From an uncultured Candidatus Poseidoniales archaeon (lineage in GTDB: Archaea > Thermoplasmatota > Poseidoniia > Poseidoniales > Poseidoniaceae), in assembly GCA_964015875.1 (NCBI GenBank), contig CAXHEV010000002.1, forward strand, positions 141,307 through 205,306: a DNA stretch of 64,000 nt, in the 5' to 3' direction. The notes beneath the pieces are model-generated. The model saw only the letters and a program-made list of their open reading frames with translations. It was not told where the DNA came from and did no database searches. Positions 28,501 through 37,522 of the stretch are shown here, in pieces; within the stretch, counting starts at the first letter, position 1, and each line of letters starts with the position of its first letter. The translations under genes and the position numbers were made by a program.

Positions 28501-28740
28501 GTGAACTTCATACAGGTCGTCATCGATCTCAAAAGCAACTTGAAGATTAGCAAGTTGCTTGGGGATGAACCATCGCCAGACGGGGATGGCAATAGCAAAA
28601 GCCACGATAGCGGGGTAAAAATATTCTAATTTGAAGTCACTGACATCTGTGACTGTTGCTGCTGATGCCTGGGGAAGCAATTGAAGCAGGAGAAGGGAGC
28701 CAAGTAAGGCCAGCCTTACCCTCCCTACCCTCGCTTTCAT
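25585..28740 (-). CDS. Large polytopic membrane protein with a TPR-like soluble insert and a basic, disordered C-terminal tail
   Basis: 1051 aa. It has a signal-like N-terminus (LALLGSLLLLQLLPQASA), about 12 hydrophobic helices, an alpha-helical repeat region of about 300 aa, two further helices, and a tail of about 170 aa rich in Lys, Arg, Ser and Pro. No family recognised. Confidence 0.7.
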   Translation of the reverse strand: MKARVGRVRLALLGSLLLLQLLPQASAATVTDVSDFKLEYFYPAIVAFAIAIPVWRWFIPKQLANLQVAFEIDDDLYEVHRITRNVDDARALLKEGGTAFGVGLYVMGMTGVLLLITELLFNPEVYFLPNLFLIGVLILIPVFISPWETLNAQLVGTRSSSGKSKGYVKFVRRLTTLLILSGATFAVVLYGSSQSDGAAAIRPIWVAAAMLTFMAPTIFAYGRIMGASWNMILINKWRTANGKPNPIDPDKPKFVNRLFSLLLVVFLLTMPITALNGIITVYHILFNDVPEQRAFDILNYGGVLGYMVFERVDIIAQILFEWQFIKELPQFLSLYLSMNIAIVGLAFIFELTRNLVLGGQTFGGLFGVTLDTPREIRTEVEAQSRQLMFAFAGFSGYTVLLLILVCYKEFGALMPFTDILEADRFGFDERARLEATWMFIALGQAVFLFTWALSIIRFKSLRSLRFDLNPDERREGAVTFAQGDWMRNLVEDAAIAEDLDALIQFQRRSIDGDPSLVRHEKARARMWEMAIRGLWPSAIEEAKKVLAQSGGDDDICRMIVAVGHMASRRLDAAREALHGLQQPEGYDEPELLAFVCEWLDPWQGNAQEDDFWDWENNSCIDHLQVLMRMLRGWQPSPTDQTIHTDRLTRVAQLSMISLMRAQRKHDDALDLSLQLIRAEPLGVRPRIAAALCLIDKGDWHSARSILSELKASDGHDPRVLALAAILGQTVDTQDMEVALAVGGGKKARQWINDAPVNPVAGLVVKGGMDEAINANVLIAAHEATRRGMPPKFSFGWLNLVFNFLVLIPSWIVLAIFVYGQQGQLSGILVLVTLFLLHIASRRFARQQRRMIRHRDQKGMVAYAKRMKRFKVKPERGNIPVGTHLLLSGMLVTVNGVVLDLGLPAWLTVRLPKDTDKAVKARLKRQSKSIQKSRPPRLQPLGEGWWLKRPKEEGADTPALERLIGQPAYRGRQQKRAKKSSSTAPKRVGSSRQNPRTVTDVNLGNRGIPTNTRVSERVQSRPSTSNVVVGSKRTGPNVRPEPTKSDDSVDFS

Positions 28741-28787
28741 GACATGGCCTCACAACAATCCACCATCAATACATCGGCGACGTGACA

Positions 28788-29999
28788 TCAGCGATGTCGA
28801 ATTAAGAACCTCTCGATGCGGTCGAACGCTTCGTGGAGCACTGAAACTTCTGGAAGATAGACAATACGGAAATGCCCCCGTCCTAATTCGGGTGAAAAAC
28901 CACTGCCGTGAACCACCAATACGTGTTCTTCATGAAGCAGATCGAGTACAAATTGTTTGTCATCTTCGGCCCATTTAGGATCAGTGAGTTTGACGAACAT
29001 GTAGAAGGCACCTCCCGAAGATTGTACCTCCAAACCTTCGATGTCGCTGATCCGACTCACACAAACATCCCGTTGTGCTACAACTTTCTGTGAATATACA
29101 TCCATCCAGGCTCGATCGGATTCCAATCCGGCTAAGTATCCAAGTTGTGCTGGCGTGGAGGCACAAAGGCGGGACCGGAGCATGCGTTCAATTCCATCCC
29201 GAACCAAATGCATCCGTTGTGTCGGGTCGTGAATAGCCATGTAGCCGATTCGCCAACCTGGAGCATAGTAAACTTTGGAAACACCATTAAGGGAGATGAC
29301 AGGGACATCCTTCGAACATTTAGCGACACTAACTTGTTCTCCTGTGAAGTCTAACCCGTCGTATATTTCATCCGCCACCACGATGCAATTAGGGTATGCT
29401 TTTGCGATGCTTAGGACCTCTTCGATTTCAGCTGCATTAGCAACACTGCCACAAGGATTGTTAGGATTAATGAGGACAAGCAGTCGCACTGAATCATCCA
29501 TTTTGGCCTTGATGTCATCAAGATCGAGACGCCATCCATCATCCGGCTTGAGCATGTATTCGACTGTTGTTGCACCATACATTTGGGGGTAAGCCATGTA
29601 AGGAGGGTAGTGGGGTCCAGGTGCGAGCACCTTATCCCCATCACAAAGCACAGATGCGAACAAAATCTGCAACGCTTCAGTCACGCCGTGGCAGACATAG
29701 ACGTCCTCAGCTTGTGCGTTCCAGCCTTTTTGTCGCTCATCTTTTGCAATCGCTTCTCGTAGCGCTGGTAAACCATAGGATGGCGAATAACCATTATGCC
29801 CTTGTTGAAGTGCTTCTGAATATGCATCCACCATATGTTGAGGCGTTGGAAGGCCAGGATATGCGATGGGATCACCGATGTTGAGTTTGAGAATGGTGTG
29901 ACCTTCTTGCTCAAGTTGTGTGGCAGGAACAACGACGTCCCGAATCGCATACTCAATGTTCGATGCTCGAGGAGCGACAGGAATCTGTTCTGTTGACAT
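28788..29999 (-). CDS. PLP-dependent aminotransferase, class I/II (alanine/aspartate aminotransferase-like)
   Basis: LNIGDP, GYSPSYGLPALREAIA, LINPNNPCGSV and the PLP-lysine block SLNGVSKVYYAPGWRIGY. Confidence 0.9.
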   Translation of the reverse strand: MSTEQIPVAPRASNIEYAIRDVVVPATQLEQEGHTILKLNIGDPIAYPGLPTPQHMVDAYSEALQQGHNGYSPSYGLPALREAIAKDERQKGWNAQAEDVYVCHGVTEALQILFASVLCDGDKVLAPGPHYPPYMAYPQMYGATTVEYMLKPDDGWRLDLDDIKAKMDDSVRLLVLINPNNPCGSVANAAEIEEVLSIAKAYPNCIVVADEIYDGLDFTGEQVSVAKCSKDVPVISLNGVSKVYYAPGWRIGYMAIHDPTQRMHLVRDGIERMLRSRLCASTPAQLGYLAGLESDRAWMDVYSQKVVAQRDVCVSRISDIEGLEVQSSGGAFYMFVKLTDPKWAEDDKQFVLDLLHEEHVLVVHGSGFSPELGRGHFRIVYLPEVSVLHEAFDRIERFLIRHR

Positions 30000-30044
30000 T
30001 GCCTCACCGTTTCTTCCTCGCTTAATACACTCATGAAGGTTGAG

Positions 30045-30521
30045 TTAGAGGTCCTTCCTTGTTATTCCGCTCATTGAGAGGATTGTGTCAAAATCAGTGT
30101 TTTCAACCGGTTGAATAGAAAGCCGTTGGCCTCTTCGAATCAGCAACATATTTTCGCAAGCGGGGTTGTCACGCACCGATTGAAGTGGCACGGTGTTTGG
30201 CAATTCAATCACGGGTTCGATATCAACCATGAACCATCGAGGTGATTCTGGTGTGGACTTTGGATCATGGTAATTGCTTGTCGCATCCCAACTGGTGTGG
30301 TCAGGATATCCCTCCTTGCAGACCCGTGCCACACCCGCGACGTGAGGAGGTTTGCAGTTGGAATGATAGAACAGGACGAGGTCGCCAATTTTCATTACGT
30401 CACGCATCATATTGCGGGCTTGGTAATTACGAACCCCGTCCCAGTGAGTCGAGCCATCTGCGACAAGTTGTGCGTAGGGGTAAACATCAAGTTCAGATTT
30501 CATCAACCAACAGTTGACCAT
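30045..30521 (-). CDS. EVE (PUA-like, DUF55) domain protein
   Basis: NCWLMKSELDVYPY..., WDGVRNYQARNMMRDVMKIGDLVLFYHSNCKPPHVAGVARV and HDPKSTPESPRWFMVDI are typical of EVE/THYN1-like proteins. Confidence 0.8.
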   Translation of the reverse strand: MVNCWLMKSELDVYPYAQLVADGSTHWDGVRNYQARNMMRDVMKIGDLVLFYHSNCKPPHVAGVARVCKEGYPDHTSWDATSNYHDPKSTPESPRWFMVDIEPVIELPNTVPLQSVRDNPACENMLLIRRGQRLSIQPVENTDFDTILSMSGITRKDL

Positions 30522-30557
30522 GCTTCACCCAGCAGTCGGGCTTCTATGAACTGTTCC

Positions 30558-33500
30558 TCACCAGGCGTCGACAACTTCGTCGACCAATGCGGCATCAAGA
30601 ACATCGATATCGACTGGTTTCGCCCCGCCAAGACCAAGGCGTTTCGCCATGGAAGAGCGACCACCAACAGCCCCAAGACCTGCTTTTTCGAGGGTGACGA
30701 AGATGGCTGGTAAAAGAATCAACGCACTTGCGGCCGCAACCCATAACAAAATTAGAATGACAGTTACGAACGGCTTTATTTCTGGAATTGGAATTTGATA
30801 GGCTGTAAGCATACCGAGGGTCGTTACGACGGCTGCTTCGAACAAAGACATTCCAGTACCAATGGCTGCGCTTCTAATAGCATCGATGCCACCACCCAAT
30901 TCACGAATACGATTGGCAATGTGGATCGAAAAGTCGACTCCAACACCGACCAAAATGGATCCAATCATGACCGTTACAAGTGACAGAGGGACATCCATTT
31001 GCCACATGACAAGCCATTGCATTGCCACTGTCGCAATAACAGGAGATGTTGTCCACATTGAGTACTTGACATCCCTAAACACCACAGCGAGGGTAATCAA
31101 CGTCAATATGACAGCAAAGCCAAGTGAAGTCCATTGGGATCCGACAATCATTTCATTGACTTCTATTGCTGTTGAAGCAACGCCCGCAAGGTCGTTTGCC
31201 TTGTCACCTTGGTAGGGAGTGGAGAAGCCTTGGGCAAAGCCATTCACGTCGTCTACCATTGCGCTTGTCGCAGCGACTGGAAGGTAAGGCATATCCACAT
31301 AAATCAAATTCCGACTGAAATCCTTACTGATGAAAATTTCACGTGTTTCGTCTGTAATCGATGCGTAAAACACGTTGAGGAGGAAAATTTCACTCTCAGG
31401 GCCACCAGGGAGGCCAAAGTCGTCAGGGGCCATCAACAGGTCCCAAAACGAAGCGTCTTGTGTCACAGAATTATCCAAGAGAACCGCTGCGGTTTCTTTG
31501 ACGTCAGGAGGTATGAGTGGATTTGCTTGGACTATTTCGTTCAAACCAGTTCCCGAAACAGTTGGTGCAATACCCGTAGATTTCATCAAAAAGACAATTG
31601 AAACAGCAGTCGTGTCATCGACAGTATTGAGCAATCCTTCCAGTTCATCGATCGCTTGGAGATTCGCCGCGGGATCGTCATTGGACTGATCATTGTCATT
31701 GGTGTTGCCCGAAATATTAGATTCAATAAGGACCATTCCAATTTGACCTGAACTGAATTCTTTACTGTACTGCTTCATCTTGACAACCGGCAATTCTCCT
31801 TCAGGTGCCATACCGAGCAGATCGATGTTCTCTTCCACATTGGCTTGTCCGACAGTGGCTGAAAACAGAATTAACAAAACAAACACTGCAATGACGCCAA
31901 CGTTTCGTTTGACAGGGACTTCGACCAACACTTCGAATGCCCGAAGCGGAGGATGTTTTGGTTTTCGAAGATCGAGAAGCAGCGTAAGATTGGGTACCAT
32001 GAACATGGTGAGCACGTAAACAACAACAATACCCCCTGAGAGAGCGATTCCCACAGTTTGAATCGGTGCCATCGGCGTAAACACAAGTGAAATGAAACCA
32101 ATGACTGTCGTCACTGCGGACAAAAAGACAGCCTTACCCGTGGAAGACAATGACGCCTTCATTTTCTCAGATTTTGTCCCGCCTTCTTCGGCATATCGAT
32201 TGGTGATGTGCAATCCATACGATACCCCAAGCGCAAGTAAAATTGGTCCAACAATGATGACCGTCATCGTCACCTCATAACCTGTCCACCCAATAATTCC
32301 AAGCGTCCAGAAAACGGCACATAGGGTTGGCAGGCCTGAGATGATGACGACTTTGATTCCCTGTATCGGTCGTATTCCCGTGATGCCAGCTTGAAGTAAA
32401 TCTGAGTGGAATACAAACAAACCAATGGCGACAAGGACGACCGCAGATGGGAAAATTTGCCAGAAGAGTTTGAATGAAAATTCTGTCACTGAATTTGTGA
32501 TTGGAACTGGGCCAGTAAGCGTCATGGTCAAACCTAAATCGTCCCACGTGCATTCGCCTCCGGGTGCAGCAGTGCCATCGGCGTTGAATTCACAGGGTCT
32601 TGGGGTGACGCTGATATTATCGAGAAGAGTCTGTGTGTTTTCGATGATCTCTTTCGCTGGTTTATTTTCAGTGACTGCAATCGCCATGATGGCCCGGTCC
32701 AGTGTACCATCAGGTTCGTCAACAGCACCATCGCTAATATCCCGTGCCAGTTTATCCAGCCCTGGTGTCGGAGTTCCATCATCTTCATACATTTCCCCTA
32801 TCACCAAGTCAATGGTTTGCTGAGATGGAATTTCGTAGCCACCCTCGAGTTGTGAAGTCGTGTCGTCAAGAACGCTGTTTAGTGCATCTGTAAAGCTCGA
32901 AGACGCACAATCATTGTCATCATTATTTTGAGCACTGCAACCCAGTTGTCCGATTTGATCGATAAACGCCTTCCTCACACGGGGTGCACTGGAATTGACT
33001 TCCTTCAAGACGGTCGAAATGGATAGGATGTAGATGACGTCATCGCTTGGATCAGAGAGTTCTGGATTAAGTTTATTTTCGACATAACTGATCTCTTGAA
33101 GAACACGCTGGTCAGTGATGTTCCGAGTCTCACTTTCGATGTAAACGACCATTACATTGGTGGTCCAATCTTCTTCGACTTTACTCAATAATTCTGCAAT
33201 TTTAGAACCATCAGGCAGGTACACCTCTAAATCGCCGTTCACATTGAGGGCTGGATTATCAGGGTCGTCATCGAAACGAGTGTTATCGAGAAAACCCGAT
33301 TGGGTGACGAAAAAGGCTGTCATCATCAAGAACACAATCACAGTAGCAAGAGGAAAGCGAGTAATGGCACCTGTTGCTCCATTTTTCTGCCACTCCCGTT
33401 TGAAACGGTCTGGTGCTTCCAAAACAGCATCCAGAGCATCTTTCGGTTTGAATTCCTTGACTCGAGCACTCAAATCCACGGCACCAGATTGGAGACGTGA

Positions 33501-33587
33501 GCGACTGTAGTCAGCAAGGTTGGACATTCGCTCAACAACGCTTTCCGACGACTTATTGGGGGATTTTGATGCTTCATCATCTACCAT
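30558..33587 (-). CDS. RND-superfamily exporter (MMPL/HpnN-like), 12 TM with two large extracytoplasmic loops
   Basis: About 1010 aa with duplicated architecture: TM1, a large loop, then 5 TM; then TM7, a large loop, then 5 TM. The TM bundles are MMPL-like (LSAVTTVIGFISLVF...; GVGVDFSIHIANR). The start is taken at MVDDEASKS; the open frame extends to 33623. Confidence 0.8.
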   Translation of the reverse strand: MVDDEASKSPNKSSESVVERMSNLADYSRSRLQSGAVDLSARVKEFKPKDALDAVLEAPDRFKREWQKNGATGAITRFPLATVIVFLMMTAFFVTQSGFLDNTRFDDDPDNPALNVNGDLEVYLPDGSKIAELLSKVEEDWTTNVMVVYIESETRNITDQRVLQEISYVENKLNPELSDPSDDVIYILSISTVLKEVNSSAPRVRKAFIDQIGQLGCSAQNNDDNDCASSSFTDALNSVLDDTTSQLEGGYEIPSQQTIDLVIGEMYEDDGTPTPGLDKLARDISDGAVDEPDGTLDRAIMAIAVTENKPAKEIIENTQTLLDNISVTPRPCEFNADGTAAPGGECTWDDLGLTMTLTGPVPITNSVTEFSFKLFWQIFPSAVVLVAIGLFVFHSDLLQAGITGIRPIQGIKVVIISGLPTLCAVFWTLGIIGWTGYEVTMTVIIVGPILLALGVSYGLHITNRYAEEGGTKSEKMKASLSSTGKAVFLSAVTTVIGFISLVFTPMAPIQTVGIALSGGIVVVYVLTMFMVPNLTLLLDLRKPKHPPLRAFEVLVEVPVKRNVGVIAVFVLLILFSATVGQANVEENIDLLGMAPEGELPVVKMKQYSKEFSSGQIGMVLIESNISGNTNDNDQSNDDPAANLQAIDELEGLLNTVDDTTAVSIVFLMKSTGIAPTVSGTGLNEIVQANPLIPPDVKETAAVLLDNSVTQDASFWDLLMAPDDFGLPGGPESEIFLLNVFYASITDETREIFISKDFSRNLIYVDMPYLPVAATSAMVDDVNGFAQGFSTPYQGDKANDLAGVASTAIEVNEMIVGSQWTSLGFAVILTLITLAVVFRDVKYSMWTTSPVIATVAMQWLVMWQMDVPLSLVTVMIGSILVGVGVDFSIHIANRIRELGGGIDAIRSAAIGTGMSLFEAAVVTTLGMLTAYQIPIPEIKPFVTVILILLWVAAASALILLPAIFVTLEKAGLGAVGGRSSMAKRLGLGGAKPVDIDVLDAALVDEVVDAW

Positions 33588-33774
33588 AGCGAACCCCCTT
33601 GTATGTAGTGTGGAGAGACACACTTCAAAGCCCTACCTACGAATTGACCTTTCAAATTTGAATTCTAAAGAGACCACATCAAGACCATTCACCGTACCCG
33701 TTGGTTTGAAAGGTGAGTCCTGTCAGCGTCAAACGGACCCGCACCATTGATGCGTGTGGGGCCAGGTGAGGCAC

Positions 33775-36267
33775 ATGCCAGCCCCGACGCTAAGTGACAA
33801 AAGATGGTCGATTGACCTTGAAAAGCGAATTCAAGAAGCACATGCGGAAGACCCACAAGTCTATGCTCGCCGTTATGCATTTAATCCAGACAGCGGAAAA
33901 GAGATGTTTGTCATCGACACTCCACCGCCTTACCCATCAGGAACATGGCACATCGGAGCTGTCGCCCAATACTCAATGATCGATGTCATTGCTCGTTCTC
34001 AGAGATTGCTTGGAAAAGAAGTATACTTTCCATGGGGCGTTGACAGGAATGGAATCAACATTGAATTCACTGTGGAAAAGAATACCAAGCGTAAAATGAA
34101 AACCTACGACCGAGCCGAATTTTTGGAACTGTGCAAAACCACGATTGAAGAATTCACTCAAGCTATGCGAAAGACGGCCCGCCGTGTTGGGCTATCATGT
34201 GACTTCGACCGTGAGTACCTTACAGATTCCCCAGAATACAGAACAGTGACACAGTCGATTTTCATTGAATTGTTCAAAAGTGGTGCGATTATCGAAGATT
34301 TGCGGCCCAACATCTACGACCCAGTTGAGGGTACAACAATTGCCGATGCCGAAGTTGAGAGATTACCGCGTCGAACCAAACTTGTTGATGTTGAATGGAC
34401 ATGTGAAGACGGTACAAATATCGTCATTTCCACCACTCGTCCTGAATTGATTTGTGCTTGTGGTGTCGTCGTCGTGCATCCAGACGATGATCGGTACACT
34501 CATCTGGTCGGTCAACGAATTAAGCTACCAATGCCAGTTAATGGTAGAGAAACAAGCGTTGAGATTCAAACTCATTCGTCCGTAAAGTCGGACTTTGGTA
34601 GTGGTGTCCTCATGGTCTGTTCCTTTGGTGACCAGAACGACGTGGCCGTGTTCCGAGAACTCGGGCTCACCCCGTTCCAAGCCATTAATCTTGAAGGGCG
34701 AATGACAGAACTTGCAGGACCATTCGCTGGACAAACTGTTCTTGAAGCACGAAAGGCTGCAATTGAACACCTTGAGGAGCAAGGAAAACTCGTCCAAGTT
34801 GTCGAACGTGAACAGGAAATTCCAGTCTCTGAGCGAGGTAAAAACCCGGTTGAAATCATTCTGCTGAAGGAATGGTATGTGCGCCAAACTCATGCTCAAG
34901 AGAGGATTAGAGAACATGCAGCATCTATTGAATTCCATCCTAAGAGGAATAAGCAATTTCTCCTCGATTGGATGGACAACATCAGCATTGACTGGCCAAT
35001 CTCAAGACGCCGTTGGTACCATACCGAAATACCCATTTGGTACTGCGATGACGAAGAAAAAATCATTGTTCCACCTACCGGTGTGTATGTTCAACCATGG
35101 TGCCAATCACCACCAGATGGCAGTGAGGTTCTTGACCGAAATACTCGCCAATCTCTCGGCTCGTTCAGCGAGATGAAGGAAACTCTCGGCACCATTACCG
35201 GAGAGCAAAAAGTGTTTGATACCTGGATGGATTCTTCAAATTCTAATCTCTTTGTGAGCGGTTATCTCAACCAACCAGAAGTCTTCGAAAAGGCATTCCC
35301 GACCGCCCTGAGACCACAAGGCAAGGAAATTGTTCGAACGTGGTTATACTATACCCTTCTCAAATCCACTCTTCTGCTTGATCAACCCGGGTTTAAACAT
35401 GTCTGGATTGATGGACTTGGAATGGATCCTTGGGGTCGTAAAATGAGCAAATCCCTGGGCAATGGAATCGACGCTGATTCCGTGTTAGAATGTGGTGCAG
35501 GCGGCCGAACAGGTTCATGGAAAGTCAAGGGACCGGACAAAACCGTAAGCCTGCGTGCCAACAAAATTGGTAGTGAATGTTTTCGCCTTTGGAAAGCATG
35601 CGATGCACAGGTAGGTGATGATTTTCATATCAATCCTGAAGAAATTGAAAAGAAATACTTTGGTGTATTGACCAAGTTGTTCAATGTGGCAAGATTTGCC
35701 TCCCAATTCGAAGTCCCTGTGGACCTTGATACCCGACCAGATGGACTCGCTATCGAAGACGAATGGATCTTGGCAGAATTCCAAACAACAATGAATACTG
35801 TAGAACAAGCATGGTCTAATCTTGATATTTACACTGCAACTCAAGCGCTCAAAACATTTGGAACCGGTGTCTTACCGAGCCACTACCTAGAAATGGTCAA
35901 ATCACGCCTCTATGATGAAGACAAACAAGCAGCATGGACCCTCCACCGTGTGGTGCGTGACTTCATGTCTGCGTTCACACCAGTCTGTCCGTTCTTTACT
36001 CACCATGTGTCGTCAACAATCTATGGCCAATCCTCAGTGGATGTCGATGCGTTTCCTGAAGCACCCCATCCAGAAACTGGCGTTGGTACTGAACATGGTG
36101 ATGCTTTGCGTGCCATTTCATCCAGTTTACAGACGTTTAACAGCGACACTTGGGGGTACAAGAAGGAACAAGGCATCTCCTTGAACCAACCAGTGAGTGG
36201 CGTGGTTATTCCTGAGGAATTGAAAGCGTTCACCGCCATACTGACCCGCATGCATTCACTTGAATGA
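33775..36267 (+). CDS. valS: Valyl-tRNA synthetase (archaeal type)
   Basis: FVIDTPPPYPSGTWHIGAV (HIGH region), the editing-domain block ISTTRPELICACGVVVVHPDDDRY, and KMSKSLGN. The start is taken at ATG 33775, preceded by GGTGAGG; the open frame begins with GTG at 33754. Confidence 0.85.
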   Translation: MPAPTLSDKRWSIDLEKRIQEAHAEDPQVYARRYAFNPDSGKEMFVIDTPPPYPSGTWHIGAVAQYSMIDVIARSQRLLGKEVYFPWGVDRNGINIEFTVEKNTKRKMKTYDRAEFLELCKTTIEEFTQAMRKTARRVGLSCDFDREYLTDSPEYRTVTQSIFIELFKSGAIIEDLRPNIYDPVEGTTIADAEVERLPRRTKLVDVEWTCEDGTNIVISTTRPELICACGVVVVHPDDDRYTHLVGQRIKLPMPVNGRETSVEIQTHSSVKSDFGSGVLMVCSFGDQNDVAVFRELGLTPFQAINLEGRMTELAGPFAGQTVLEARKAAIEHLEEQGKLVQVVEREQEIPVSERGKNPVEIILLKEWYVRQTHAQERIREHAASIEFHPKRNKQFLLDWMDNISIDWPISRRRWYHTEIPIWYCDDEEKIIVPPTGVYVQPWCQSPPDGSEVLDRNTRQSLGSFSEMKETLGTITGEQKVFDTWMDSSNSNLFVSGYLNQPEVFEKAFPTALRPQGKEIVRTWLYYTLLKSTLLLDQPGFKHVWIDGLGMDPWGRKMSKSLGNGIDADSVLECGAGGRTGSWKVKGPDKTVSLRANKIGSECFRLWKACDAQVGDDFHINPEEIEKKYFGVLTKLFNVARFASQFEVPVDLDTRPDGLAIEDEWILAEFQTTMNTVEQAWSNLDIYTATQALKTFGTGVLPSHYLEMVKSRLYDEDKQAAWTLHRVVRDFMSAFTPVCPFFTHHVSSTIYGQSSVDVDAFPEAPHPETGVGTEHGDALRAISSSLQTFNSDTWGYKKEQGISLNQPVSGVVIPEELKAFTAILTRMHSLE

Positions 36268-36270
36268 GGT

Positions 36271-37404
36271 TCATTCCTCTTCGAGCAGCAGTTTAGCTTG
36301 CCGTGTCGTAGGCATTGCAAGTTGGCCAAGCCTGAAACCAATCAAACGTACGGAACGCTTGTGATCAACGTTCAGCGCGAAGAGGCGCTCTGCAAGTCTT
36401 GCAAACACATCCACATCATCCATAGCAACCGGAATCGAGCGGCCGTGGGTATGAGTTTCAAACCCGGTGTATCTCACTTTAACCTCACACAGGCGTCCCG
36501 CAACACCGATCGATTTCGCCTTCGTCATTACCCGTTCGACGAGTGAATGAAGATGCTTGAGGACCTTCTCCTTATCCGATTGGTCTGTCCTAAAAGTTTG
36601 TTCTTTACCGATTGATTTACGACTTCTCAAAGGACTTACTTCCTTGCTGGTAGCACCGTCAACCACTCGAATTAACCATGAGGCAAAGCGTTCGCCTGCA
36701 ATTCGACCGAGGGCCAACTCGCCGAGTTCATATGCTTCGTCTACGGTGTTGAAGCCCCATTCGGCCAGCTGAGTCGCCCTTTTTGGTCCAATACCAGGCA
36801 CGTCCCGCAGAGAACGGCCGACAAAGAAATCTAATGTTTCATCCGGAAGCATTCGAAAGATACCGTTTGGCTTGTTGATTTCACTCGACATCTTTGCGAG
36901 GATTCGGGTAGGTGCTATGCCAAATGAGGCGGTTAAACCGAGTTCCTCTACGATTTGACGTTGCAAATCCCTGCACATTGCATAAGCCGCATCCCAGTCG
37001 CCATTCACTGCTTGTGTAATGTCAAGGTAGGCCTCATCGATGCCTGCTTTCTCAAAATGCTCAGCTGGCTCTTTCAAGATGGCCATAACCTTGCGTGAAG
37101 CACGACTGTACAATCCACGCGTCCCTCCAATGTAATGACCGGGACCAAAGGGGGAGCCTGGACATCGCCTCCAAGCCTCTCCGATCGGCATCGCAGAGCG
37201 AATTCCGTAAGCCCTCGCTGCGTAATTACAAGTCGAAACAATACCCCGTCCTCTGCCCCCTTGGGGGTCAGAACCGATGATTAACGGACGCTCAGGATCT
37301 AAGTCGCGATGTAGAATTTCGACCGCAGCAAAAAAAGCGTCCAGATCACAGTGAACGAGAATACGTTCGCTCTCTTGCAAGGACTCTGCCGAATCCTCCC
37401 TCAT
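36271..37404 (-). CDS. dinB: Y-family DNA polymerase IV (DinB/Dpo4-like) with catalytic residues intact
   Basis: ILVHCDLDAFFAAVE, GIVSTCNYAARAYGIRSAMP, AGIDEAYLDIT and the HhH block VPGIGPKRATQLAEWG. The start is taken at MREDSAES; the open frame extends to 37509. Confidence 0.9.
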   Translation of the reverse strand: MREDSAESLQESERILVHCDLDAFFAAVEILHRDLDPERPLIIGSDPQGGRGRGIVSTCNYAARAYGIRSAMPIGEAWRRCPGSPFGPGHYIGGTRGLYSRASRKVMAILKEPAEHFEKAGIDEAYLDITQAVNGDWDAAYAMCRDLQRQIVEELGLTASFGIAPTRILAKMSSEINKPNGIFRMLPDETLDFFVGRSLRDVPGIGPKRATQLAEWGFNTVDEAYELGELALGRIAGERFASWLIRVVDGATSKEVSPLRSRKSIGKEQTFRTDQSDKEKVLKHLHSLVERVMTKAKSIGVAGRLCEVKVRYTGFETHTHGRSIPVAMDDVDVFARLAERLFALNVDHKRSVRLIGFRLGQLAMPTTRQAKLLLEEE

Positions 37405-37522
37405 ACCACGTGTCCAGTGTCCACGGTGTTTCAAGTTGATGACAAGATCCACACGACTACATTCACTTTTTTCGCAAGGGTGGGGGGAAGGAAAGAGAGC
37501 CCCCTTCACAACCTTCCGAGGT

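Noticed and set aside
33607-33624. Hairpin AGTGTG-GAGAGA-CACACT in the RND/valS divergent spacer
   Set aside because: A 6-bp stem only, possibly inside the longer RND N-terminal frame. No supporting conservation is available.
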